NCBI GenBank assembly: GCA_044227145.1
Contig: JBGAFR010000002.1
Location: forward strand, 48,703 to 112,702
Origin: Lysobacteraceae bacterium
GTDB taxonomy: Bacteria; Pseudomonadota; Gammaproteobacteria; Xanthomonadales; Xanthomonadaceae
Direction of reading: 5' to 3'
Length of the DNA: 64,000 nucleotides
Made by a program: the position numbers and the translations under genes. How positions within the stretch are numbered: position 1 is the first letter of the stretch; each line of letters begins with the position of its first letter. The notes under the pieces are model-generated. The model searched no databases. It was not told the origin of the DNA and was given only the letters and a program-made list of their open reading frames with translations. Shown one piece after another: positions 23,282 to 33,448 of the stretch.

Positions 23282-24004
23282 ATGGCGACACTCAAACGCA
23301 TCCTGGAAGCGGCGCGGCTGATCGAGTCGGCCGACGCGCCGCCACCCGTGCCCGCGGACGACGGCGACATCGACGCGATCATCCGGCGCGCGGCGGCGGC
23401 CGAGTCGCGCGGCGCACGTGCGCCCGAGCAGGCGCCCGCACCCGCGCAGGCGCAGGCCGTCGAGGCCGAGCCCGCGGCGACGGCGCTGGCCGGCGTCGAG
23501 GAAGGCCTGGCCTTCCCCGACATCTACGCCCGCCAGGGCCTGGCCGAGGCCGCGTTCCCGGTCGAACGGCTGCAGAAGCTGGTCGACGGCCTGCGCACCC
23601 TGGACCCGACCACCCGCCGCGCCGCGATCACCGCGATGGACGTCGCCGACGAGACCTGGTCGATGGACCAGGTGCTGGCCGATGCCGATGCCAAGATCGA
23701 CGCGCTCCGCGGCCACCAGCGCCACCTGCAGGCCGGCGCCGACGCGCTGGTCCAGCACAACCGCGAGCGCATCGCCGAACTGGAGAGCGGCCGCGACACC
23801 CGTGTCGCCGAGCTGCGCCGGCAGATCGCCGCGCTCGAGGCGCAGGTGCAGGACGCGATCGGCGCCACCGCCGCGGACGTCGCCCGCCTGCAGTCGGAAT
23901 CCGAATCGAACAAGGCCGCGCTGCAGCGCGAGACCCAGCGCCTCGACACGCAGGTCGCCGGCCTGCAGGACCTCGTCGCCCAGTTCCGGGCGCCGGCGGC
24001 ATGA
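23282..24004 (+). CDS. Hypothetical coiled-coil protein, first gene of the PspA/ABC/AAA operon
   Basis: Host-like codon usage; helical C-terminal half with heptad character. Confidence 0.7.
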   Translation: MATLKRILEAARLIESADAPPPVPADDGDIDAIIRRAAAAESRGARAPEQAPAPAQAQAVEAEPAATALAGVEEGLAFPDIYARQGLAEAAFPVERLQKLVDGLRTLDPTTRRAAITAMDVADETWSMDQVLADADAKIDALRGHQRHLQAGADALVQHNRERIAELESGRDTRVAELRRQIAALEAQVQDAIGATAADVARLQSESESNKAALQRETQRLDTQVAGLQDLVAQFRAPAA

Positions 24005-24100
24005 CCCGGCGACGCCCCGTTTCCCGTTTTTCCTCTTTCGCGTGCGCGTCGATCCCGCAGGGTCGCGCATACCGCATCCCCTTCGCGTAAGGAGCCTGCC

Positions 24101-25768
24101 ATGGCCGTCAAACTCACCCCCTTCGCCAAGCTGCTGATCGGCGCCATCGTCATCGTCGGCAGCGGGTCGGTGCTGTGGAACCTCTACAAGAACCGCCAGG
24201 CCGGCGACGACACGCCTGCCGCCGCCACCCAGGGCGCCGGCAAGACCGCCACCGCCGGCAGCTATGCCGGCAGCGGCAAGGGCGACGGCGCGCTCGGTTC
24301 GGCCGGCAATCCGCTGAAGGTCAGCATCGTCAGCTTCCACGGCTACGCGCCCGCGCTGGTCGCCAACGGCAACAGCCTGACCACCAAGGCCGGCTCGCTG
24401 TACGACAAGGAAGGCCTGAACGTCGAGTTCGTGATCCAGGACGACATTCCGGCGATCGCCACCGTGTTCGAGTCGAACACCGCGCAGTGCGTGTGGCGCA
24501 CCTCGGACTTCTGGGCGCAGGAGCAGCCGAACCTGCGCAACAGCGGCCACGACGGCCGCGCGGTGATGATCGTCGACAACACCCGCGGCGCCGACGCGAT
24601 CATCGCCAAGGACCCGTCGATCCGCACCGTCGAGGACCTCGCCGGCAAGAAGGTCGCGCTGCTGCAGTTCACGCCGTCGCACGGCATGACCATCGACGCG
24701 ATCGACAACTCCTCGCTGTCGGCGCGCAGGAAGCAGAGCATCGAGTACGTCTTCATCAACGCCGAGGACGGCCTGGCCGGCGTGCGCGCCGCGCTGGAAT
24801 CCGGCAGCGTCGACGCCGCCGTGTTGTGGGATCCGGACCTGTCGCTGGCGCTGCGCGCGACCAAGGGCCATGTCGTGTATTCCACCCGCACTGCTTCCAA
24901 CCTGATATTCGACGTGATCGTCTGCGACAAACGCGTGCTCGACGACGCGCAGGGCGCCGCCGCCGTGCAGAAGCTGGTCAACGGCTGGATGAAGGGCGTC
25001 GACGCGGCCAAGGCCAATCCCGACAACGCCGTCGACGCGCTGGTCAACACCGAGGAGTTCTTCACCCTGCTGGCCAAGGACGAAGGCAAGCCGTTCGTGA
25101 AGGGCCTGTTCGACAACCTGCTGTGGACCGGCGTCGGCGACAACGCGCGCATCCTCGGCATGAGCGGCGGCACCAACCACTACGCCCGCGTCTACCAGCG
25201 CTTCGACCAGATCTACCGCGCCGCCGGCGCGCTGGCGAATCCGAAGTCGCCGGTGATCAATCCCTCCGACAGCTTCGACACCCGCTTCATCCGCACCCTG
25301 TACGACGCCAGCACCCAGGCGCAGGCCGAGGCGCAGAAGACCGAGACCTTCACCGCCCAGGCCCGCGAGCAGGCGGTGCAGGCGGCGCCGGCCGAAGTCA
25401 CCAAGCCGGTGGTCGTGAACTTCGCCAGCGGCCAGTCGGCGCTGACCAAGCGCGCCGAGAAGACCATCGACACCGACATGGTGCCGTTCATCGAGAACAA
25501 CGGCAGCGCCTACTTCGAGATCAGCGGCAACACCGACAGCACCGGCAGCGCCGCGGTCAACGATCGCCTGTCCGAGGCGCGGGCGCGCGCCGTGGTCGAC
25601 TACCTCGTGCAGCAGTGGGAGTTCCCGCGCGAGCGCTTCAAGATCGTCGGCAACGGCTCCAGCCGTCCGCTGTGCAACGAAGGCGCGCCGGAAGCCGAAG
25701 GCCTGAGCCTCGACGCCTGCCGCGAAGCCAACCGCTCCACGCGCATCGCCGTGTTCGGCGCGCGCTGA
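24101..25768 (+). CDS. SsuA/NMT1-like substrate-binding protein fused to a C-terminal OmpA-like peptidoglycan-binding domain
   Basis: N-terminal TM anchor; periplasmic binding fold (IRTVEDLAGKKVAL, DAAVLWDP); OmpA motif ISGNTDSTGSAAVNDRLSEARARAVVDYL...NRSTRI. Confidence 0.8.
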   Translation: MAVKLTPFAKLLIGAIVIVGSGSVLWNLYKNRQAGDDTPAAATQGAGKTATAGSYAGSGKGDGALGSAGNPLKVSIVSFHGYAPALVANGNSLTTKAGSLYDKEGLNVEFVIQDDIPAIATVFESNTAQCVWRTSDFWAQEQPNLRNSGHDGRAVMIVDNTRGADAIIAKDPSIRTVEDLAGKKVALLQFTPSHGMTIDAIDNSSLSARRKQSIEYVFINAEDGLAGVRAALESGSVDAAVLWDPDLSLALRATKGHVVYSTRTASNLIFDVIVCDKRVLDDAQGAAAVQKLVNGWMKGVDAAKANPDNAVDALVNTEEFFTLLAKDEGKPFVKGLFDNLLWTGVGDNARILGMSGGTNHYARVYQRFDQIYRAAGALANPKSPVINPSDSFDTRFIRTLYDASTQAQAEAQKTETFTAQAREQAVQAAPAEVTKPVVVNFASGQSALTKRAEKTIDTDMVPFIENNGSAYFEISGNTDSTGSAAVNDRLSEARARAVVDYLVQQWEFPRERFKIVGNGSSRPLCNEGAPEAEGLSLDACREANRSTRIAVFGAR

Positions 25769-25787
25769 GGCACGGGCGACGCACGGC

Positions 25788-26585
25788 ATGAACAGCGCCT
25801 GGAACCCCTACGCCTCACTCCCCGGTGCGCAACGGCGACGCCTCGGCATCGCCGGGGTCGCCGTCGTGCTGCTGCTCTGGGCGGCGCTGTCCGGCAGCGG
25901 CTGGATCAGCCCGAACAAGCTGCCGTCGCCGTGGGCGGTGGCGCGCGCGTTCGCCTACCTCGCCTGGCACGACGGCAAGAGCCTGCTGTTCGACGCCACG
26001 CTGTGGTCGGTCGGTCGCGTCGCGGCCGCCGGCGTGCTGGTGGTGCTGCTGGGCGTGCCGCTGGGCATCCTGATGGGCGCCTCGCCGAAGTTGAACGCGG
26101 TGCTGTCGCCGCTGATCGACCCGTTCCGCTCGGCGCCGGTGGTGGCGCTGCTGCCCATCCTGGTGATGTGGCTGGGCATCGGCGAGTCGATGAAGATCGC
26201 GTTCCTGTTCCTCGGCGCGGTGGTCTACCTCGTGCCGATGGTGCGCGACGCGCTGCAGGCGGTGCCGCAGAGCTACTGGATCGGCGCCCGTGACCTCGGC
26301 GCCTCGCCGTGGGAATGCATCCGCCATGCGGTGGTGCCGATCGCTATGCCGCGCATCGCCGACGCGATCATCGTCAGCGTGTCGGTGATGTGGACCTACA
26401 TCACCGTCGCCGAATACGTGAACGCCAAGGTCGGGCTCGGCCAGCTGATCCAGAACGCCCGCCGCTTCAGCGCGATGGACCAGGTGTTCGCCGGCATCTT
26501 CGTGATCATCGCGCTGGCGCTGGTGACCTACCAGACGATGCGCACGGTCAAGCGCCACCTGTATCCGTGGGAGACCCAGGCATGA
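25788..26585 (+). CDS. ABC transporter permease (SsuC/TauC type)
   Basis: Multiple TM helices; EAA-like loop ARDLGASPWECIRHAVVP; AEYVNAKVGLG. Confidence 0.85.
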   Translation: MNSAWNPYASLPGAQRRRLGIAGVAVVLLLWAALSGSGWISPNKLPSPWAVARAFAYLAWHDGKSLLFDATLWSVGRVAAAGVLVVLLGVPLGILMGASPKLNAVLSPLIDPFRSAPVVALLPILVMWLGIGESMKIAFLFLGAVVYLVPMVRDALQAVPQSYWIGARDLGASPWECIRHAVVPIAMPRIADAIIVSVSVMWTYITVAEYVNAKVGLGQLIQNARRFSAMDQVFAGIFVIIALALVTYQTMRTVKRHLYPWETQA

Positions 26586-27421
26586 CCGCGACCGCAGACG
26601 TCACGCCGGCGGTCATCGCACTCGACCGGATCGTGCAGGAGTTCCCGCGCCCCGAGGGCGGCACCAACCGGGTCATCGACGACCTCAACCTGCGCTTCAC
26701 CGGCCCCAGCATCAACATGCTGCTGGGCCCTTCCGGCTGCGGCAAGAGCACGCTGCTGTACATGATGGGCGGCGTGCGCCCGCACAACCAGGTCATGCCC
26801 ACCAGCGGCACGATCAGCATCGACGGCAAGCCCTGCACCGATGCGCACGACGATGCGGTGATGGTGTTCCAGCGCTACGCCAACCGGCCGGACCTCACCG
26901 TTTACGACAACGTCGCCTTCCCGTTCCGGCTGAAGCTGTGGCGCGACCGCGTCCCGGCCGCGCAGCGCGACGGGCTGGTGATGCACATGCTCGAATCGGT
27001 GGGCCTGGCCGACAAGGCGAAGCTACGGCCGAGCCAGCTTTCCGGCGGGCAGAACCAGCGCATCGCGCTGGCCCGCGCGCTGATGCTCAAGCCGCGCATC
27101 CTGCTGATGGACGAACCGTTCGGCGCGCTCGATGCGCAGACCCGCGAAGAGATGCAGAAGCTGCTGGTGAAGCTCTACCGGGAACACCCGTGCCTGATCG
27201 TGTTCGTCACCCACGACGTCACCGAGGCGCTGCTGCTGGGCGACCGGGTGGTCGTGCTGTCGACGCAGCCGGCGCGGATCGCCGACGATTTCGAGATCGC
27301 CGCGCCCCAGCCGCGCGACAGCGGCTGGCTGCGCATGCCCGAGGCCGCCGCGCTGGAGCAGCGCATCCTCAGCCGCCTGCACCAGGCGGCAGGCAAGGGC
27401 AACATGCGGGTGACGATCTGA
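26582..27421 (+). CDS. ABC transporter ATP-binding protein (SsuB/TauB type)
   Basis: GPSGCGKST, LSGGQNQR, LLMDEPFGALD, FVTHD; ATGA overlap with the permease stop. Confidence 0.92.
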   Translation: MTATADVTPAVIALDRIVQEFPRPEGGTNRVIDDLNLRFTGPSINMLLGPSGCGKSTLLYMMGGVRPHNQVMPTSGTISIDGKPCTDAHDDAVMVFQRYANRPDLTVYDNVAFPFRLKLWRDRVPAAQRDGLVMHMLESVGLADKAKLRPSQLSGGQNQRIALARALMLKPRILLMDEPFGALDAQTREEMQKLLVKLYREHPCLIVFVTHDVTEALLLGDRVVVLSTQPARIADDFEIAAPQPRDSGWLRMPEAAALEQRILSRLHQAAGKGNMRVTI

Positions 27422-27425
27422 ACCG

Positions 27426-28322
27426 ATGAATGCGTCGCCGAAGCCCGTCAGCTATCTCCGCGCCTGGCTGACCAGCCAGACCAACCTCACCGCCGTGCTC
27501 GGCGGCGGCCTGGCGGCGGCCGTGGCGTCGATTCCCGCGGGCGCCGCGGGCGCGCTCGGCGCGCTGGTGGTGCTGGGCGCGGCGCAGGTGCTGGCGGCGC
27601 TGGTGGTGCCGGACCTGCCGACCTTCCGCAGTCGGATCGACCGCCAGACCCGGCGTGCGGCCATCGACCAGCGCCGCGGCCAGCTGCAGCAGGAGCTGTT
27701 CCAGGTCTACGGCGGCATGCAGCGGGTGATGGGCATGCCGATGTGGCAGAAGTACCGCGTCATCGTCGAGCGTTCCGAAGTGCTGTACCGCATCGCCGGC
27801 GAGGAGGCCAGCCAGCTGTCGTACGACGACGCCGAGCGCGTCGACAAGGCCTCGGTCGATTTCCTCGCGCTGTGGCTGGCGCAGGTGACGATCCAGGAGC
27901 GTCTGCGCAGCGGCGAGGAGGCCACGCTCGACCGTCGCCTGCGCGAGGCCGAGCGCGCGCTGTCCGACGTCGAGGAAAGCGACCCGCGCTACCGCCTCCT
28001 GAAGATGGCCCGCGACGACTACGCGGCGATCAAGCTGCGCCACGACCGCCTGGTCGCGCGCCGCATGTCGATCGACGCCGCGCTGGTGTCGCTCCCCGAC
28101 CAGGTCGAGGAGGTCTACCAGCTCGTCGTCGCCAGCCCCTATTCCACGACCCTCGGGTCCAAGCTCGGCGAGTCGCTGTCGCGGCTGCAGCTGGAAGAGG
28201 ACATCGAGATGGAACTGTCGCAGAACGACCTCGACAGCCACTACTTCAAGACTCACGCCGCATCCGCAGCGCAGCAGGCCCAGGCGAAATCCGCCGGGCA
28301 GGCCGCGGGCGGCGCGCGCTGA
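27426..28322 (+). CDS. Hypothetical membrane-anchored helical protein
   Basis: Two N-terminal hydrophobic helices followed by long amphipathic coiled coils. Confidence 0.7.
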   Translation: MNASPKPVSYLRAWLTSQTNLTAVLGGGLAAAVASIPAGAAGALGALVVLGAAQVLAALVVPDLPTFRSRIDRQTRRAAIDQRRGQLQQELFQVYGGMQRVMGMPMWQKYRVIVERSEVLYRIAGEEASQLSYDDAERVDKASVDFLALWLAQVTIQERLRSGEEATLDRRLREAERALSDVEESDPRYRLLKMARDDYAAIKLRHDRLVARRMSIDAALVSLPDQVEEVYQLVVASPYSTTLGSKLGESLSRLQLEEDIEMELSQNDLDSHYFKTHAASAAQQAQAKSAGQAAGGAR

Positions 28323-28349
28323 CCGCACCTTCTTCCCCAGGAGACCTCC

Positions 28350-29048
28350 ATGAACCTCTTCAGCCGACTGGCCAACCTCGTGCGCGGCTTCCTCTCGCTC
28401 TTCGTCACCGGCCTGGAGCAGCAGCATCCGGAGATCGCGTACGAGAACGCGATCAACACGATGATCGAGAAGTACAACAAGCTCAAGAACGCCACCGCCG
28501 GCCTGATCCGCCTGCGCGAGGACGCCGCCGACCGCCTGCAGAAGGCGCAGCGGCAGCAGGCCGAACTGAGCGCGATGCTCGAACAGGCGATGGCGACCGG
28601 CCAGGACGACCTCGCGGTCGAGCTGATCGAGCGCAAGGACGCCGTCGATGCCGACATCACGTCGCTGCAGGGCGAGCTCGAAGGCGCCCAGAAGGACGTG
28701 GAGACCGCCAAGAACGCGCTGACCGAGGTCAAGGGCGAGATCACCAAGCTCAAGGCCGAGAAGGACCGCATGCTCGCCAAGATGCAGAGCGCCCAGGCCC
28801 GCACCCGCATCAACGACCAGCTCGAAGGGCTGTCGGTGGACGCCGAACTGCGCGCGCTGGAGAACGTCCGCACCGGCATCAAGGACACCATCGCCAAGGC
28901 CAAGCTCGGCGACGAACTGCGCGAGTCGGATCTCGACACCCGCCTCAACGCGCTGAAGGCCAGCAGCAGCAAGGCCACCGCGCGCGCCAAGCTAGAAGCG
29001 CTGAAGAAGGAGCGCGCCGGGCAGGGTGCGGGCGATCGCACGATCTGA
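28350..29048 (+). CDS. PspA/IM30 (ESCRT-III-like) family protein
   Basis: [15 protein letters not shown] amphipathic N-helix, (E)HPE..YENAI, 232-aa coiled coil and C-terminal LDTRL..LK. Confidence 0.8.
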   Translation: MNLFSRLANLVRGFLSLFVTGLEQQHPEIAYENAINTMIEKYNKLKNATAGLIRLREDAADRLQKAQRQQAELSAMLEQAMATGQDDLAVELIERKDAVDADITSLQGELEGAQKDVETAKNALTEVKGEITKLKAEKDRMLAKMQSAQARTRINDQLEGLSVDAELRALENVRTGIKDTIAKAKLGDELRESDLDTRLNALKASSSKATARAKLEALKKERAGQGAGDRTI

Positions 29049-29176
29049 CCTGCGCCGATGGGAAATCCTCTCCGCGAAGGAGAGGCAGCGAAAGACGCGA
29101 AGCCCCTCGGACGCGCAGTTCCTCACGCAGGGCCGTCGCGAACGCTCGACACGTTCGCTCGGCCGGGATCGAGACC

Positions 29177-30997
29177 ATGACCACCCTCAACGGCACTTCG
29201 ACGCAGCCCTCCGACCTTCCGCGCTGGGCCGACGAGCTCAAGCGCCGCTACCTCGCCGGCGAGGCCGGGCTGTTCCTGCTCCACGGCAACGTCCACGACG
29301 GCGTGCCGCACGAGGGCCGACTGCTGCCGTTCGCGGACTACCTGCAGGACGTGGTGCTGTCGGCGAAGCCGCAGCGCTACGAGCTCGCGCTGCGCCACGC
29401 CGGCCTCAAGCGTCGCGGCGAGGGGACCAAGCCGATCGAACACGGCGAATCGCTGCTGTCGGACATGGCGGCGCTCGAGCTGCGCCTGCGCACGGGCGAC
29501 GGCATCGCGCTGGTGCTGCCGCATGCCGGCGACCTCGTGCCGAACGCCGACACCACGTTCCTGAGCACCGACGAGCGCGGCCTGCTGGAGATCTTCCACG
29601 ACTGGTCGCTGGGCGGCCTGCTGTTGCAGCGCAACCACATCGTCGTGCTGCTGTGCGCGTCGCTGGCGGAGCTGCATCCGTCGCTCAACACCAATCCGCG
29701 CATCGCGGCGATCGAAATACCGCTGCCCGACGAGGCCGCGCGCGCGCAGCTGGTTGCGCAGTCGGCGCCGCACATGCCGGCCGATCGGCAGGCGCTGGTC
29801 GCCAAGCACACCGCCGGCCTGCGCCTGCTGGAGATCGACGGCATCGTCGCCGAGCGTCCCGACGCCGGCCTGCCAGAAGCCGAGCGCAAGGCGCTGGCGC
29901 TGCAACTGCTCGGCGACGCGCCCGACGCGGCGAAGCGCGCAGAGGCCTACGCCGGTGTCACCGCCGGCAAGTCGCGCGAGGAAATCGCGTTCCTGATCCT
30001 CGGCCACGACGCGCCGCAGACCGGCGAAGACCCGGTGAGCGCGATGCTCGCGGTCATCGGCCAGCGCAAGCGGGAGATCATCCAGCGCTCCTGCGGCGAG
30101 CTGATCGAATTCCTCGATCCGACCTACGGCCTCGACGCGGTCGGCGGCTACGACCAGATCAAGGCCGAGCTGATGAAGATCGCGGCGCTGATCCGCAGCG
30201 GCGACGGCCGGCTCGCGCCGATGGGCCTGCTCGCGGTCGGGCCGATGGGCGTCGGCAAGACCTTCGTCATCAAGGCCTTCCTCAAGGAAGCCGGGCTGCC
30301 GGGCGTGGTGCTGAAGAACTTCCGCTCGAAGTGGGTGGGTTCGACCGAATCCAACCTGGAGCGCGTGCTGAAGATCATCCGCGCGATGAGTCCGATCGCG
30401 CTGGTCATCGACGAAGGCGACCGCAGCTTCGGCAACGGCGAGGGCGGCGAGACCGATGGCGGCACGTCGTCGCGCGTCATCGCCCGGCTCAAGGACTTCA
30501 TGTCCGACCCGGACAACCGCGGCCACGTGCTGACGATCCTGATGACCAATCGCCCGGACAAGCTCGACGTCGACATCAAGCGCCCGGGGCGGCTCGACCG
30601 CAAGATCCCGTTCTTCTACGCCGACACCGCGACCGATCGCCTGCGCATCGTCCAGGCGATCCTCAAACGCAACGGCGCGGCGCTGCCGGACGCGGACGCG
30701 ACGGCATTGACCGAGGCGCTGGAAGGCCTCGACGGCTATTCCAACGCCGACCTCGAAGCCATCGCGCTGCTCGCGCTCGACAACGCCCGCAACGACGGCG
30801 CGTCGTTCGCGCTGTCGCATCTGCAGCAGGCGATCGGCGATTTCATCCCGCCGCAGCACGTCGACACCATCCAGCTGATGGAGCTGCTGGCGGTGCAGGA
30901 ATCCTCGCGTCGCAGCCTGCTGCCGGAGCGCTTCGCGAAGCTGGCGCCGGCGGAAGTCTCGACCCTGATCGCGGAGCTGAAGCGGCGCATCCGCTGA
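29177..30997 (+). CDS. Classical-clade AAA ATPase (CDC48/Vps4/Ycf46-like) with a degenerate N-terminal domain
   Basis: Walker A GPMGVGKT, FRSKWVGSTE pore loop, Walker B LVIDEGD, and SRH MTNRPDKLD...KRPGRLD. Confidence 0.88.
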   Translation: MTTLNGTSTQPSDLPRWADELKRRYLAGEAGLFLLHGNVHDGVPHEGRLLPFADYLQDVVLSAKPQRYELALRHAGLKRRGEGTKPIEHGESLLSDMAALELRLRTGDGIALVLPHAGDLVPNADTTFLSTDERGLLEIFHDWSLGGLLLQRNHIVVLLCASLAELHPSLNTNPRIAAIEIPLPDEAARAQLVAQSAPHMPADRQALVAKHTAGLRLLEIDGIVAERPDAGLPEAERKALALQLLGDAPDAAKRAEAYAGVTAGKSREEIAFLILGHDAPQTGEDPVSAMLAVIGQRKREIIQRSCGELIEFLDPTYGLDAVGGYDQIKAELMKIAALIRSGDGRLAPMGLLAVGPMGVGKTFVIKAFLKEAGLPGVVLKNFRSKWVGSTESNLERVLKIIRAMSPIALVIDEGDRSFGNGEGGETDGGTSSRVIARLKDFMSDPDNRGHVLTILMTNRPDKLDVDIKRPGRLDRKIPFFYADTATDRLRIVQAILKRNGAALPDADATALTEALEGLDGYSNADLEAIALLALDNARNDGASFALSHLQQAIGDFIPPQHVDTIQLMELLAVQESSRRSLLPERFAKLAPAEVSTLIAELKRRIR

Positions 30998-31022
30998 CGC
31001 GCCGCTTCCCGACAGCCGCCGA

Positions 31023-32489
31023 TCAGCGCTGGCCGACGCGCTCGCGCATCGGCGGCGCATCCGGCCAGCCGCCGGCCAGCGCCTTGTACAGGGCCACCGC
31101 GCTGGTCGTCGTGCGCGTGCGTGCGTCCGCGAACGCATCCTGCGCCTGCAGTCGCGTGCGCTCGGCGTCGAGCAGTTCCAGCAGTCCCGTCGCGCCCGCC
31201 TGGTAGCGCTTGCGCGCGAGCGCGGCGGCGGCGGTGCTGTCCTGCGCGGCCTGCGCCAGCAGCGTGTCCTCCTCGCGAGCGCGGGTGTGGCGGACCAGCG
31301 CGTTCTCGGTGTCCTCCAGCGCCAGCAGCACGGTGCGTTCGTAGCCGGCCAGCGCGCCGGAGGCGTCGGCGTCGGCCGCCGCGATCCGTGCGCGCACCCG
31401 GCCCACGTCGAGGAACGACCAGTCGATGCCGAACGACACCAGCCGCGTCTCGCTGTCGCGTTTGAAGAGTGCATCGCTGTCGATCGCCTGGCTGCCGATC
31501 AGCCCGCCCAGCGTGAACCGCGGAAACAGGTCGGCGGTGGCGACGCCGACGCGCGCCGTCGCCGCATGCAGCCGCGCTTCGGCGGCGGCGATGTCGGGGC
31601 GGCGGCGCAGCAGGTCGCCCGGGGTGCCGGCGTCGATGCGATCCGGCAGCGACGGCAGTGCTTTCGGCGTCGACAGGTCGCCGACCAGCGCATCCGGCGT
31701 CTGTCCGCTCAGCACCGCGAGGCGATGCATCGCGATCGCGATCTGCGCTTCCAGCGCGGGAATCCGCGACGCGGTCGACGCCTGCTGCGCGCGGGCACGG
31801 GCGGCGTCGAATTCGCTGTCGGCGCCGGCCTGGAACCGCGCTTCGACCAGGCGCAGCGTCTCGCGCTGGGTGTCGGCATTCTCCTGGGCGACCCGCAACC
31901 GTTCCTGCAGGCCGCGCAGCTCGAAATAAGTGCGCGCGACCTCGCCGACGATCGCGACCTGCGCGGCGGCGAGGTCGGCGGCACCGGCCGCGGCATCGGC
32001 ACGGCCCGCTTCCACGCCGCGACGGATGCGACCGAACACATCGAGTTCCCAGGCCGCGTTCGCGGCGGCGGCGTAGGACTCGACGTCGCGATCCTTGCGC
32101 GACACGCCCGGCAGCTGATCGGCGCTGCTGCGACTGTCGCTGGCGGACGCGCTGCCGGTGATCGTCGGCAGTCGGTCGAACTTCGCGCCGCGCAACAGCG
32201 CGTTGGCGCGGTCGTACTGCGCCAGCGCGATGCGCAGGTCGTGGTTGGCGGCCAGCGTCCGGTCGATCAGTGCGTCGAGCTGCGGGTCGCCGAAGTCGCG
32301 CCAGAATGCGGCATCGACCGCCGGCAGCGGCGCATCGGCGTTCGTGGCGGGCGGCGCTTCGACGAAGCGTTCCGGCACCGCCATCGCGGGCCGGACATGG
32401 TTCGGGCCGACCGCGCAGGCGCCGAGTGCGAGCGTCAGCGCGGCGGTCGTGAGCAGCGCGGGGGTGGTCGCGCGCGACGGATGTGGCAT
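31023..32489 (-). CDS. RND outer-membrane channel lipoprotein (NodT/OprN family, SmeX-like)
   Basis: Lipobox LGAC; WELDVFGRIRR and LLRRRPDIAAAEARL; position in the efflux operon. Confidence 0.9.
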   Translation of the reverse strand: MPHPSRATTPALLTTAALTLALGACAVGPNHVRPAMAVPERFVEAPPATNADAPLPAVDAAFWRDFGDPQLDALIDRTLAANHDLRIALAQYDRANALLRGAKFDRLPTITGSASASDSRSSADQLPGVSRKDRDVESYAAAANAAWELDVFGRIRRGVEAGRADAAAGAADLAAAQVAIVGEVARTYFELRGLQERLRVAQENADTQRETLRLVEARFQAGADSEFDAARARAQQASTASRIPALEAQIAIAMHRLAVLSGQTPDALVGDLSTPKALPSLPDRIDAGTPGDLLRRRPDIAAAEARLHAATARVGVATADLFPRFTLGGLIGSQAIDSDALFKRDSETRLVSFGIDWSFLDVGRVRARIAAADADASGALAGYERTVLLALEDTENALVRHTRAREEDTLLAQAAQDSTAAAALARKRYQAGATGLLELLDAERTRLQAQDAFADARTRTTTSAVALYKALAGGWPDAPPMRERVGQR

Positions 32490-32533
32490 GGGAGTTCTCC
32501 GGAAGGAAGTGGAAGCGCCGGCGCCGCGGGTCC

Positions 32534-33268
32534 TTACCAGCGCAGCGTCTCTCCGAGGTGAGTGAAGCTGCCGGTGGGACCGTCCGCGCCGAGCAGGGCC
32601 ATCTCGACGCTGCTCTTCGCGCCGGTCTCGATGTCGAGGTCGCCGTTGGCGTTCATGTCGGTCTTCACCGAGCCCGGATGGATCGCGTTGACCTTGATCG
32701 GCGTGGCGCGCAGTTCGTGCGCCAGGTGCACCGTCCATGCGTTCAACGCGGTCTTGGACACGTTGTAGGCCGGCACCTTGTATTCGTAGATCGCGGAGGC
32801 GGGATCCTGGTGCTCGGCGAGCGAGCCGAGCAGGCTGGAGACGTTGACGATGCGGCCGGCATCGGAGGCCTGGAGCAGCGGCAGGAAGGCCTGGGTGGTC
32901 GCGATGACCCCGAACAGATTGGTGTCGAAGGTGTCGCGCCATGCCGACAGCGATTGCTCGGAAGGCGTGCGGTCGAACGCGTCGCGGAACACGCCGGCGT
33001 TGTTGACGAGCATGTCGAGGCGGCCGTGGCGCTCGCGCACCTGGTTGGCGGCGAGCAGGACGCTGTCGGCGTCGGTGACGTCGAGCGCGATCGCCTCCAC
33101 CGGCAGGCCGTCGGCCTGCAGTTTCAGCGCGGCCTCGACGGCCTTGCCGCGATCGCGACCGGCGAGCAGGGTGTGCACGCCGGCGGCGGCGAGCTGGCGG
33201 ACGGTTTCGAGGCCGATGCCGCGGGTGGCGCCGGTGACGAGGGCGATGCGGGTGGTGTCGATGGACAT
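32534..33268 (-). CDS. Short-chain dehydrogenase/reductase (SmeU2-like)
   Basis: TGATRGIG, VNNAG and YNVSK; lies between the RND and OMP genes, as in smeU1VWU2X. Confidence 0.85.
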   Translation of the reverse strand: MSIDTTRIALVTGATRGIGLETVRQLAAAGVHTLLAGRDRGKAVEAALKLQADGLPVEAIALDVTDADSVLLAANQVRERHGRLDMLVNNAGVFRDAFDRTPSEQSLSAWRDTFDTNLFGVIATTQAFLPLLQASDAGRIVNVSSLLGSLAEHQDPASAIYEYKVPAYNVSKTALNAWTVHLAHELRATPIKVNAIHPGSVKTDMNANGDLDIETGAKSSVEMALLGADGPTGSFTHLGETLRW

Positions 33269-33448
33269 GGTGGGACTCCGATGAGGGGGAAAGCGGGGTG
33301 AGGGAGGGCGACGCCTGCGGCATGGCCGCGGCGGTCAGATGCCCGCCGGCGTCGGCCGTGCGGGCGTGACAGGGTGGAAGGAGCCGTCGCGGCGCGCTAT
33401 CCGATGTTTGCGATGCGCGCCGCGATGGCGGCCGGTGTCGTGTGTGGA

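Noticed and set aside
29060-29110. Resemblance to a c-di-GMP-I riboswitch (GGAAA...hairpin...GACGCGAAGC)
   Set aside because: An extra segment follows P2 and there is no tetraloop-receptor P3; kept only as a generic low-interest structure.
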